Of a stretch of DNA of 64,000 nucleotides, positions 28,401-37,306 are shown in pieces. Position numbers and translations under genes: made by a program. The notes under the pieces are model-generated. The model was not told the DNA's origin. It did no database searches and saw only the letters and a program-made list of their open reading frames with translations. The DNA is taken from assembly GCA_040389905.1 (NCBI GenBank), contig JAZJZK010000018.1, positions 1-64,000 on the forward strand, in the 5' to 3' direction. The stretch comes from Gemmatimonadota bacterium (GTDB lineage Bacteria; Gemmatimonadota; Gemmatimonadetes; Gemmatimonadales; Gemmatimonadaceae). Each line of letters starts with the position of its first letter. The stretch's first letter is position 1.

Positions 28401-28727
28401 TTAGCGGGACTCGTCGCGTGTCCTCGCGCGCCCGCTCTTCAGCGAGTCAAGATGACGCTGCGTCATCTCCTCGCCCTCCGTGCGCGTAGAACGGCCCTCC
28501 GCGAAGCTGGCCTCCGCGCGCTGCAGCCGCGCTCGGCCCTCGGGTCCGTGATACCAGAGCTGGTCTCGAGGAATGACCACTGACGGAACGAGCTCGAAAG
28601 CACCGTCATCAGTCCGCTCCACCCGGAGCTGTGTATCCGCCGCGATTCCAAGCTCCTCCCGCATCTCACGTGGGATGGTCGTCCGACCCTTTGGGTCGAC
28701 CGTCAGATAGCCAATAGTGCGGCCCAT
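28401..28727 (-). CDS. AbrB/MazE/SpoVT antitoxin
   Basis: TVDPKGRTTIPREMREELGI. Confidence 0.85.
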   Translation of the reverse strand: MGRTIGYLTVDPKGRTTIPREMREELGIAADTQLRVERTDDGAFELVPSVVIPRDQLWYHGPEGRARLQRAEASFAEGRSTRTEGEEMTQRHLDSLKSGRARTRDESR

Positions 28728-28902
28728 AGGATATTCTCCGTTGCGGTATTATTCCTCAGTGGGATTATACCACTTTGGTCCGAATGCGTCAATCCCTCCT
28801 AAGCGGTGAACTGAGACCTAGAGCCACATCCTCCCTCGCTGCGTGGAATGAACTATCAAACGGAGGTCATTATCCGGCCCGCGGCGCGACTGCCTGTAGC
28901 CG

Positions 28903-28924
28903 TGGTACACCACTTGGTGTACCA
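28903..28924. promoter_or_regulatory. Perfect palindrome upstream of the Zn-finger/RHH gene
   Basis: tggtacacca-ct-tggtgtacca. Confidence 0.65.
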
Positions 28925-28968
28925 TACCTACAATGGTCAGCTTCACGATCAATGGGTTGGAGTCATGC

Positions 28969-29580
28969 ATGTCTAAGCTCAAGATTTGGCATCAGGGTGA
29001 ACAATCAGAAGCGCTGTGTCCCACCTGCAAGGTCTGGCGCGAAACGACGTTCTGGTACCGCCCGTTCCTGCTCGAGAAGTCAGGGATCGAAGTCCCCGAT
29101 GTCCTCGTGGGCGTCTGCAGCGAATGCAAAGAGGCCATCGACTTGCCACACCAGTCGACGCCGAAGTTGAAGGAGGCGCTCCGCAAGGAGCCCTGTCGCG
29201 TAGATGCGCGCATTCCAAAGGAGCTCCGTGATGTCATCGGTGTTCTGGCGACGGACTTCGGTGGGGAGCCTGAGCCCTTCGCCGGCGGCGTGCTGCGCTA
29301 CTACATGCGGGAAATGACTGACGACCCGGCGCTTGCGAAGCGGATCGGCATGCTCTCGACATCTGGCGATGCTGGAGGTACACCCGGTGGCCGCCTGGCA
29401 TTCCGCATGGACAAGCGCCTTCTGGATAAGGCACTGGCGTCGCTGCACGGCGCAAAGCCGGGCGACAAATCAGCTCTCGTTCGTGGAATCATTGTAGCTG
29501 CCAAGCACGACGCCTATGACAAGCCGAACAAGGCTCGACTGAGCGCCTTGAGGGCTATCGCGGCCGCGGCAACGGTGTAG
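28969..29580 (+). CDS. MqsA/YgiT-like Zn finger + RHH-like protein
   Basis: CPTC...VCSEC, then RVDARIPKELRDVI and RLAFRMDKRLLD; GGAG RBS. Confidence 0.6.
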   Translation: MSKLKIWHQGEQSEALCPTCKVWRETTFWYRPFLLEKSGIEVPDVLVGVCSECKEAIDLPHQSTPKLKEALRKEPCRVDARIPKELRDVIGVLATDFGGEPEPFAGGVLRYYMREMTDDPALAKRIGMLSTSGDAGGTPGGRLAFRMDKRLLDKALASLHGAKPGDKSALVRGIIVAAKHDAYDKPNKARLSALRAIAAAATV

Positions 29581-29615
29581 ATCGTTTCGACCGGTAGCGC
29601 CTTTCTGCCGAGCAG

Positions 29616-30365
29616 CTAAATGCCGGCGAGCTCGCGCCCGAAGGCCGTTGGCGAGAGCATGTGTGCCCGGCCCTGCGTCTCGGCCTGAAGCACGCCGCGA
29701 TGCACGAGCGCGTGCGCGGCCGCATGAATTGCAAGGCTGGTCGCGCCGAGTTGTTCTCTGAGCGCCTTGGCACTGACGGGCTGCGATAGCGTGTGGGCGA
29801 CGATCTCGGCCTCGAGGCCGGGTCCTAGGGCTGCACGGAGCCGAAGCTCCGGGCAATTCTCGAGGATGGCGGCTGTTGGACGGATGGCGTCGTACCGGAG
29901 CGTGATATCATCCTGCCACAGCCCCCACCGCGTGAAGAGCGGAAGCGATTCCGCGCGGACTAACGTAGCAAGCGCCGGCGTCGACTCAGCGATATGAAAT
30001 AGCGGACGCGCCGGAGACAGGGCTCGAGCGTGCCCCGCAGCGGCAACGAGACGGATCGCGATGGGTGATTCCTTTGCCGCGACCGAGAGCAGCGAACCTG
30101 CAACGGCTCGGGATACGGGATCGAGCGCCTTCAATGCAAGGCGCAGACGGCGGAGGTCGACCCATGACCCGTGCCTCGCGAGCCAGCTGGCGGCAATCCA
30201 ATACAGGCTTGCCTCATCCCGAGCCACGCGTGCCGTATCAGCGATCAGCTCTTCGATCATCACGGGCCGCAGGCTTCGACGTCCAGTGAGTTCCCCACCA
30301 ACCCGGGTCCATTGGCTGGCGACGATATCCCCTCGCTCGGTCGCTTCGCTGTCTTCACCGCTCAC
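29616..30365 (-). CDS. Hypothetical protein with C-terminal winged HTH
   Basis: 249 aa; SAKALREQLGATSLAIHAAAHALVHRGVL. Confidence 0.55.
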   Translation of the reverse strand: MSGEDSEATERGDIVASQWTRVGGELTGRRSLRPVMIEELIADTARVARDEASLYWIAASWLARHGSWVDLRRLRLALKALDPVSRAVAGSLLSVAAKESPIAIRLVAAAGHARALSPARPLFHIAESTPALATLVRAESLPLFTRWGLWQDDITLRYDAIRPTAAILENCPELRLRAALGPGLEAEIVAHTLSQPVSAKALREQLGATSLAIHAAAHALVHRGVLQAETQGRAHMLSPTAFGRELAGI

Positions 30366-30556
30366 TCGGTGTCCCCCTGTCCAGACGGTCGCTGCGTTGC
30401 GCGCGCGACGCTGTGCGCACCCGCTTGCCTTCCTCTTGCGGCCGATGAACGGGAAAGAGCGAAGTACGCGGAATCCATTGGGCGTTCAATGACGCGATCA
30501 GCGCCTCGTGACACGGAAGAACGAACATGGACGAGCGACGCCGGCGCGCTCCCATA

Positions 30557-30805
30557 TCAGCTGTATGCACCGCTCCAATTCATCTCAAGGAGCGCCCGGC
30601 AACGCCGATAGCCCCCAGGACGTCGTAACAGCGTAGCAGGCGACAAATTGCGAAGGCGGACATTGGGAGTCTTGAGCCAATCATCAACAAATGCTTCGAA
30701 GTCGAATTGAGACGCGTCAGGATGTCCACCAAGCATGTACTTCATCCGCTGAATGAGCTTCTTGCGTTCCTTGCGTCGACCTCGTGAACTCCAGCGAGTA
30801 CCCAT
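30557..30805 (-). CDS. Xre/MbcA/ParS (DUF2384) antitoxin toxin-binding domain
   Basis: WLKTPNVRLRNLSPATLL...G...C.ALL....GAYS. Confidence 0.7.
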   Translation of the reverse strand: MGTRWSSRGRRKERKKLIQRMKYMLGGHPDASQFDFEAFVDDWLKTPNVRLRNLSPATLLRRPGGYRRCRALLEMNWSGAYS

Positions 30806-30880
30806 AGCCTATCGCTCCTTGACTGGCCCGTTCACGGCCGCATCTCGCCGCTACGGGGCTCCTCATTGGTGCGAAGGGCG

Positions 30881-31375
30881 CTACTCATCGACATCGTCGT
30901 CGCACATCACGTGGCGCACCAACTCCGCAACAGCTTCCACCTCGCCCTCGAACAGGCAGTCCATCCCAGTGCGCCCCCCTAGCGCCACCTGATATTCCAG
31001 AAGAAGAGGGGTGAGAAGGTCCGGAGAGATCATCTCACGAACTCTTCTCATGAGCGCTGGCATGAGTGGGCAGACAGCTTCGGGCTGTCCGCCCTGAGAG
31101 GGCTGGAACTGCCCTGCGGGGTACTCCCACACTCCGGGAATCACCGGCAGCGCGAGCAGCCGATCCTCGTTCCGCCATAGCTCCAACGTCTCCTCGGTCA
31201 CGCCTAGCCTGCCGGCTGTTTGGGCGTGCGTCCAAAGGCCGCCAGTCGCGTTCAACGCGCGCGCTAGGGCAGCGCCACAATGCGCCGATGCGTCATCGAG
31301 GATGGCTTGCTCGCGCGCAGTCATACCCAAGAAGCCTCTTGGCTCGTCATCCCCTCCACTCCACGTGGTGCTCAT
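30881..31375 (-). CDS. HTH + DUF2384-like antitoxin-type protein
   Basis: TAGRLGVTEETLELWR..LLAL..YPAGQF..LGGRTGMDCL..GEVEAV; ATGA overlap with the integrase stop. Confidence 0.6.
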   Translation of the reverse strand: MSTTWSGGDDEPRGFLGMTAREQAILDDASAHCGAALARALNATGGLWTHAQTAGRLGVTEETLELWRNEDRLLALPVIPGVWEYPAGQFQPSQGGQPEAVCPLMPALMRRVREMISPDLLTPLLLEYQVALGGRTGMDCLFEGEVEAVAELVRHVMCDDDVDE

Positions 31376-32847
31376 GAACCGACTCCACTTTCGTACGTTT
31401 GACCCCGCACGAGCACTCGCAGATCGCGAGCCCCGCTACGGCGCCGGTCTACCTCGTCGTGCAGATAAATCCGCTTCCGCGTATCTGAGTGCTGGGTCCA
31501 TCCGCCAAGTGTGTTCTTGACCTTGTCGTCATCGCTCAGTATTTCGGCGAGGTCGACCGACGCCCTACGGACGCCATACCAACCACGGCCCTCTTTCGAC
31601 GAAATGCCGGCGACTGTCTCGAGTACGTGGAACTGCTCAAGCGCAGTCCTCCGATCCATCACACTGTGCGATTTCCTCGGGTTGCACTTGCCTTCTCGTA
31701 GCTTGCCACCGGGAAACATCGGATAGTTGGCGAGCTTTCCGCGCCGATACATGTCCTCATAGAGCGAGAGGTGCCCCTCAGTCAGCATAAGGTCGATGAT
31801 GCCTCGGTCGCCTTCGGAGAGCACGACCGTTTCACCCGGTTTCCCACGACGCCCACGCACTATGAACGTGCCGAATGGCGCCACGGGAGAACTGGAGAGG
31901 TCAAGGCTTTTCCGCGATACTCGAAGTCCTTGACCCGCGCGGAGCTCGCCGGCGAGCAACATGGCGAGGCGAATTCGAGGGTCGATCTTCGAACTGAGGT
32001 CGTAGACAGCCTTCCATAGCGCGACCAGCTCAGACGCAGAGTGGCGCAGACGAGTCACCTCAACCGTGCTGTCGGTGCGCTCCTCCCAATTCTGGTAGAC
32101 CGTTTCCCGCCACTTCTTCGGCGGTAAGAGGCATTCCTTGCTCACCTTCTTTTCCGTCCGCAGGAACGCCGCGACCGCATACAAGGAGCTCACCACGACT
32201 TCCATCCATCGCGGACCTCCCGACTCATCGCGAATGAACCTGTCAGCCAGAGTTTGCACGAGCTTCGTCACTCGGCTCTCCGTAACGTCCTCCCACGCGG
32301 TGTTCCGTCCCAACACGTCCTCGATCACCTTTGAGGCGCGCTCACACTCCTTGCTGTGACGGGTGGGCGATGGGTATTTGCCACCAATGTCGGCGAACGC
32401 CAGCTTGAACCCCTGCGATAGCGTAAGGGGCTTGTCGTTCTTCTGATTTGCGGACTCCTGGGCTGGATCAGTGCCGGCTGCGAGGAGGTTATGAAGCCGC
32501 TTTGCGGCCTGCTCGGCCACGCGGACCTTTCCTGCATCGAGCGCCAAAGATCGGACGTCGAGGGGAGCGCTGTCCGAGGCCACGCGCAGCGGCAGCTTCC
32601 GCACGGTGTACGCGGTCGGCTCACCGAGCGCGATGTGCAGCGGCCGTTTGGTGCGCTTGTCACGGCCATCCGCCGATGGCGGTGTGAAGCGGACGTAAAC
32701 AACCCCGCGCCGGTCCCAACGCTCATACACGTGCACGGTGTTTGTGCGCTGTCCAAGTTTGCACGTCCACTCGCCAGGGATCGTGCCCGCTTCCTCGACA
32801 GCACACACACCCTTGTCCACGGCTGGTGTGAGTGCGCGCTTCTTCAT
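31372..32847 (-). CDS. Divergent tyrosine recombinase/integrase
   Basis: ELRAGQ (Arg I), GWYGVRR (HxxR variant), LGGW, RIY (catalytic Tyr); ATGA overlap with the upstream HTH gene. Confidence 0.78.
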   Translation of the reverse strand: MKKRALTPAVDKGVCAVEEAGTIPGEWTCKLGQRTNTVHVYERWDRRGVVYVRFTPPSADGRDKRTKRPLHIALGEPTAYTVRKLPLRVASDSAPLDVRSLALDAGKVRVAEQAAKRLHNLLAAGTDPAQESANQKNDKPLTLSQGFKLAFADIGGKYPSPTRHSKECERASKVIEDVLGRNTAWEDVTESRVTKLVQTLADRFIRDESGGPRWMEVVVSSLYAVAAFLRTEKKVSKECLLPPKKWRETVYQNWEERTDSTVEVTRLRHSASELVALWKAVYDLSSKIDPRIRLAMLLAGELRAGQGLRVSRKSLDLSSSPVAPFGTFIVRGRRGKPGETVVLSEGDRGIIDLMLTEGHLSLYEDMYRRGKLANYPMFPGGKLREGKCNPRKSHSVMDRRTALEQFHVLETVAGISSKEGRGWYGVRRASVDLAEILSDDDKVKNTLGGWTQHSDTRKRIYLHDEVDRRRSGARDLRVLVRGQTYESGVGS

Positions 32848-33242
32848 GCTGCTGCCCATAGCTCCTCTAGGTCATCGCGGTGAATTTCCCATACGCGCCC
32901 GCATTTACTGCTTCGGGCCAGTTTCCCCTTCTTCTTTTTCCGCGCGAGCCTGTGCTTCACGGTGCTCTCGGGCCTACCAGCGAGAACGGCAACGTCCGCG
33001 ACGCTCAACCACTCATTCGTCCGCGCGGCCTCGTCGAGCGCGCGCGCCAGTTCTGAGCAGTGATGCGCGAGGGTCGTACGCGCACTGCTGTCGGGGGCAA
33101 GCCTCACGAGGACCGCCAACTCATGTCTCATCGTCCGCAACAACGCATCGAGCGGCGCGGAGGCGAGGTATCGCCTCCCCGTGGCAAGGCCGGGAGGCGC
33201 GTTATGTGGTGGATCGACTTTCGGACGCTGATTGTGACGCAT
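32844..33242 (-). CDS. Excisionase-like HTH protein
   Basis: WLSVADVAVLAGRPESTVKHRL...KCGRVWEIHRDDL; start uncertain. Confidence 0.65.
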   Translation of the reverse strand: MRHNQRPKVDPPHNAPPGLATGRRYLASAPLDALLRTMRHELAVLVRLAPDSSARTTLAHHCSELARALDEAARTNEWLSVADVAVLAGRPESTVKHRLARKKKKGKLARSSKCGRVWEIHRDDLEELWAAA

Positions 33243-33574
33243 GAGACGGAGGCCTGTGCTCCCGTGCCTGAAGGCAGTCGTCCGAGGAGTTGTCCTCTGG
33301 CACCGTGCACGATCAGACCTGGAAGCGATCTGACCCGATTGTAGGGCGGACTTTTGGCACCGGCCATTTTCTTCTACAATCTTCAACAATTGGCCAGACG
33401 CACCCCTCTGCCTTTCGCTGTCACGCGCGTGGACCCGCGCGTCCGCGTCGGCGAGACACCCCTGTGCGCCGGCGTTCCAGTGTCCCCCGATAGCCGGATC
33501 TGACGTGCTGGTGGCACGCTCGACGAAGGTCGCGTGGCGTCGTCCTTGGTGATCACAACTGATTGTCCGACTTC

Positions 33575-33780
33575 CATAGGATGTCATCCTGCGCCTCGAG
33601 GTGCCGCACTTCGGTGCACTAGAGGAGACGTCGGGAGGGCACCCCGTCTCCCCCTCAGTACAGGCGAGGAGCACGGCGCCACCCGCGCCGGTGTTCCCTC
33701 AAGCCGTTCACGGATATGGGCCGCGGCCGGAGCGCCTAGGAGGCTGCGGATGGCGCGCGAATGCGCCATCCACCTTTTGA
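33575..33780 (+). ncRNA. Putative structured RNA or leader
   Basis: Four consecutive hairpins including a cUUCGg loop (33606-33617) and a terminal 9-bp stem + CTTTT (33748-33778). Confidence 0.3.
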
Positions 33781-33789
33781 TTCGACAAC

Positions 33790-34107
33790 ATGAGCCGCAT
33801 CCGTCGCCTGCCCACAGTGCTGGTGGACTCAGAGTCCTTCGCTCAGGAAGTGCGCCTCTTACTGTCGCGAGGGCGTCTCACTCAGCACGAGTACGACGTG
33901 CTGTACTTCGCGGTAATCGTTCGGCGCGCCGAGGACAACTCGTTGAAGCGCATTGCATCCATGGTACGCCGTGAGACCGGCGCCGCGCGTCTGCTGACCG
34001 ATCTCGATCCGTTGAGTCGCGTTCGATTCACAGAGAATGAGATTCGCACGCTACTACGCCGTGGAGTAACAATCCTACGACAGGAGGGATTGGTTTCGGG
34101 AGAATAG
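33790..34107 (+). CDS. Small protein resembling sigma-70 region 4 HTH
   Basis: LTQHEYDVL...SLKRIA...TENEIRTLLRRG..ILR. Confidence 0.45.
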   Translation: MSRIRRLPTVLVDSESFAQEVRLLLSRGRLTQHEYDVLYFAVIVRRAEDNSLKRIASMVRRETGAARLLTDLDPLSRVRFTENEIRTLLRRGVTILRQEGLVSGE

Positions 34108-34268
34108 GGCGGCGCATCCGAGACGCCAACCTCGGAGGGGCGACTCCCTAATGTGGGTGCCCGTTTTGAGAGAGCTCACCGCGCTTGGGACTCAGCAGTC
34201 AACGAGCAATGGCCACCACCGCGCGGTTCGCTCGGCGATTCTCTCTCTCCTGCTACTACCGCCGCGCC

Positions 34269-35414
34269 TCAGTCCTCTTCACGGCGCCACACCTCGTCTT
34301 TTCGGAAGCTGCTAAGGCCGACCATCAATTCGTCAAACTGACGAGCGGAGAGAGCCTCGACGCCGTCAGGTAATATCAATGCGCATCCTAGACTCTTACC
34401 AATCCCAGCTAGGACGTATTCACCGTCCGGCAACGACCTAGCGGCGGCGGCGAGGACTGGCCCTAGCAGTCCGCAGAAGAGTGTCCACGCCTCATCTGGA
34501 TGCATTTGGACAATCGGAACCTTTGGCCGCTTCGGCATCCATGATCCGTCGATCTGTTTCTCCGCGAACTCTTCGCCCGCCTTGTCGAGCTCGCGTTGCC
34601 TTGCGTTGTGCACGGCTGCACTGAGCGCGCCTACGCGCTCCCGCGCCACGATCTGCGGCTCAACTCGTCTCGCGGACGGGGTCACGTCCAAGGCGACGCG
34701 GGTTTTTGCTCGCACCGCATCGAGCAGTTGCGCTTCCGACATAGCTCGAACCGCCGACCAATCCATCACGTCGCCAGAGCCAATCACTCCGGCAGATCGA
34801 AAGTCCGCCTCCTCGAGCGCAGAGGCCACGCTCAGTGCCCGGCTCACGTTTGCCGCCTCCCGGTCGAGCCACACTGCGAAGGCCGACTGGAGAGCGTCGT
34901 CATTCTCGAGTTGATACCGCCGCCAGACTTCGCGAAGTAGGCGGGCGCGCTCCCAGTAGGAGCCTCCCCTCACGTTGAGAAGCTCCATCCAGGCGAGCAC
35001 ACGTGCCTCAAGGTCGGATGCTTCGACGAGGCGCGCGATGAGCGTTGGTGGTGAGCCCACAGCCGTGCGCTCGCCTGACGCTCCGGCGACACCTTTGTTG
35101 TTGATGGTCTCCCAGGCAGCAAGCCAGCGAGATCCAGCTATGACCTCGTAGCGTGCTTCCTCACCTGCTGGCGGCGGCACTAGGCGAACGATTATTGGGT
35201 CTTGCTGGCCAGCCGCAGCTTTCTGTATCTCGGTGTCGATTTCCCGTTCCTGCCAGTCTCGCGTCAGCCAGGGCGCCATGAGAAGCGCATCAAAGGGGAG
35301 CTGGATCAGAGGGGCGTGCTCGCTTCGGCGAGCGAGAACTGCACGGGGGCTAGGGGGAGTGGGAGCCCCGCTGGAGGTAGGCTCCGTGGTCGCTTTTGTG
35401 CTCTTTCGCGTCAA
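34269..35414 (-). CDS. ParB/Srx-like protein with HTH
   Basis: QQDPIIVR...YEVIAGSRWLAA; ERAR; QSAFAVWLDREAANVSRAL. Confidence 0.65.
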   Translation of the reverse strand: MTRKSTKATTEPTSSGAPTPPSPRAVLARRSEHAPLIQLPFDALLMAPWLTRDWQEREIDTEIQKAAAGQQDPIIVRLVPPPAGEEARYEVIAGSRWLAAWETINNKGVAGASGERTAVGSPPTLIARLVEASDLEARVLAWMELLNVRGGSYWERARLLREVWRRYQLENDDALQSAFAVWLDREAANVSRALSVASALEEADFRSAGVIGSGDVMDWSAVRAMSEAQLLDAVRAKTRVALDVTPSARRVEPQIVARERVGALSAAVHNARQRELDKAGEEFAEKQIDGSWMPKRPKVPIVQMHPDEAWTLFCGLLGPVLAAAARSLPDGEYVLAGIGKSLGCALILPDGVEALSARQFDELMVGLSSFRKDEVWRREED

Positions 35415-35730
35415 TGAGTCCGCCTTTGGCCTTCAAGGTTTAAGAATGCGTGCGGGAAACATAGCGTTGGCAATTGGGCGGCCATCGAATATCGGGGGCA
35501 ATCGCGGTACTTTTGCTGTGGCCGCCACCTTGAGCCCCTCTTGAGGCCGGCTGCCCGGCTTTACCTGAACAGCGCGAGCTCGATGCATGTTGAGCCCGCA
35601 CCAGGCTGCGTCGTAGCTATCCACATCTTCGTGACTATCGGCTGCGACTTCGCGTTCCAATTTGCGCGACGGCCGCGTACGTCCGTCCAGTCCCGACATC
35701 CACTTTCTTACATCTGAGAGACATAACTGC

Positions 35731-35976
35731 ATGGCATCCGCCTCTCCGCCGACCCCGTCCCTGCTGCGTCGCGTCAATTTGACGGAGGCCGGCAAAGGAG
35801 CTTGGCGGATACTACTCGAGCCAGAAAAGCGACGGTATCGCGTCGTGCACAGTCGCACAAAGTCGTCATACACTGTGTTCTACGGCACACGCACCCAGCG
35901 ATCCGTCGAGGCAGCGGAGGTACACGCCACAGCTTTGTGCGCTGCGCTCAACGCGATCAAGGCGAAGCGCGCCTAG
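35731..35976 (+). CDS. Small hypothetical protein
   Basis: 81-aa ORF with normal composition, upstream of 36016. Confidence 0.45.
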   Translation: MASASPPTPSLLRRVNLTEAGKGAWRILLEPEKRRYRVVHSRTKSSYTVFYGTRTQRSVEAAEVHATALCAALNAIKAKRA

Positions 35977-36015
35977 CTGACTATTGAAACCCCTTGGCAC
36001 TCTCGGAGAACCCAC

Positions 36016-36777
36016 GTGCACAACGGGATGTACTGGCGCCACGTCTTCCGAGATTCCTTCGTCAAAGAGATTCGCGCTTTCCACGACGTCACGCTTCGGC
36101 GTTTTCTTCCGACCTTCGATAACCTCGAGGCAGAAGCAGACGCTGTCACCGCGGCAGAGTACGAGCGACTCGGCCAATGCTCTGGGGGCGATGGCGATAG
36201 TGGATACGACATGGCTGACGCGGCGGAGGACGCGCACGAGGAAGGACTCGAGCACTACCAGCGACTGACCTCGGTCCGGCAAGGTCTGCTCAATCTCGTC
36301 GCGACCGGTCTATATCATCTCTTCGAGCAGCAAGCCGGCACATTCACGCGTCGGCAACTCCTCACAGTTCATGAGGAGCGCAACGAGGCCTTCATGCGGC
36401 CCCTCTTTAAGGGCAGCCGCATGATGGCCGAGATGAACGCGCGTCTCCTCAAGGAGGGCATCGACCCGTCGCAATTGCCGACCTGGCACAAGGTTGATGA
36501 GCTTCGGCTTGTAGCGAACACGATCAAGCACGGACCCGGAGGCTCCGCCCAAGATCTCTATGCGCTGGCGCCGCTTCTCTTCACTTCCCCCGATTTTCGC
36601 CCTGGGATGCCATTCGCTGACATGGGGCTACGTCGCCTAGCCTCGGCGCCGAAGATGCCTCGCGTTGATCGCCCGCTCGGCGGGGAGGATATCTATATCA
36701 CCGCCGAAGAGCTCACTGCGTATTGTGAGTCGCTCGTGGCATTCTGGCATGATCTCGGGGATGCAATCGCGAACTAA
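36016..36777 (+). CDS. Helical hypothetical protein, possible HEPN fold
   Basis: LYHLFEQ and ELRLVANTIKHG. Confidence 0.55.
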   Translation: MHNGMYWRHVFRDSFVKEIRAFHDVTLRRFLPTFDNLEAEADAVTAAEYERLGQCSGGDGDSGYDMADAAEDAHEEGLEHYQRLTSVRQGLLNLVATGLYHLFEQQAGTFTRRQLLTVHEERNEAFMRPLFKGSRMMAEMNARLLKEGIDPSQLPTWHKVDELRLVANTIKHGPGGSAQDLYALAPLLFTSPDFRPGMPFADMGLRRLASAPKMPRVDRPLGGEDIYITAEELTAYCESLVAFWHDLGDAIAN

Positions 36778-36806
36778 GTTCGCACCCGAGCATCAACTTG
36801 TTGCCA

Positions 36807-37040
36807 CTAGGGTTTCGACTTTGCGCGCGCTGTAGGGCTGTCTCTTCGGGCCAAAGCCCGACGAGCGGCGCGTTGAGCTTCCGTCTTCTCGTCCTCAGCG
36901 GCGGTGGCTAGATCTGCCACCCCCTGCGCAATCTCCGATGCGTCAACGGCACGAAGCTCGTCGACTCCGGGAGTGGCCCCTGACGGCTCGGGCGCATTGC
37001 GGACTTTCTCGACTGACCCGCTTTGGTGGCGTGGCGTCAT
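36807..37040 (-). CDS. Small hypothetical protein
   Basis: 77-aa ORF, no motif. Confidence 0.25.
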   Translation of the reverse strand: MTPRHQSGSVEKVRNAPEPSGATPGVDELRAVDASEIAQGVADLATAAEDEKTEAQRAARRALARRDSPTARAKSKP

Positions 37041-37306
37041 GGACGTGTGTGGCGTGAGTCGCTTTTCGAAAGCTAGCCGGTGGTGAAGCGAAGCGTGGGA
37101 ATACTTCGCTGCGCCGCCTCGCCGTAGAAAGACGATTGAGACCTGTAGCCATCCGCCTCACACGCGTACCGGGGTGAGCGAGGCGGCCGCCTTCTCGACG
37201 CCCAATTGTTCAAGGACAGCCCCTCTGTTCAAGACGGGGTCTGCTGCACGCGCGATCTTCCGTCCTCGCGCTTGACGCGCAGGCATCACGCACACTCGGG
37301 GTACCT

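Noticed and set aside
33290..33375. Sigma-54 promoters (two TGGCAC motifs)
   Set aside because: Neither has the -12 TTGC element at the right spacing
33243..33674. N-terminal extension of ORF 32844-33674
   Set aside because: No protein-like motif; overlaps the AT-richer promoter-like and hairpin region
16400..37300. Target-site duplications or terminal repeats bounding the inner mobile block
   Set aside because: No matching sequence found by eye between the 16.4-16.6 kb and 37.0-37.3 kb edges
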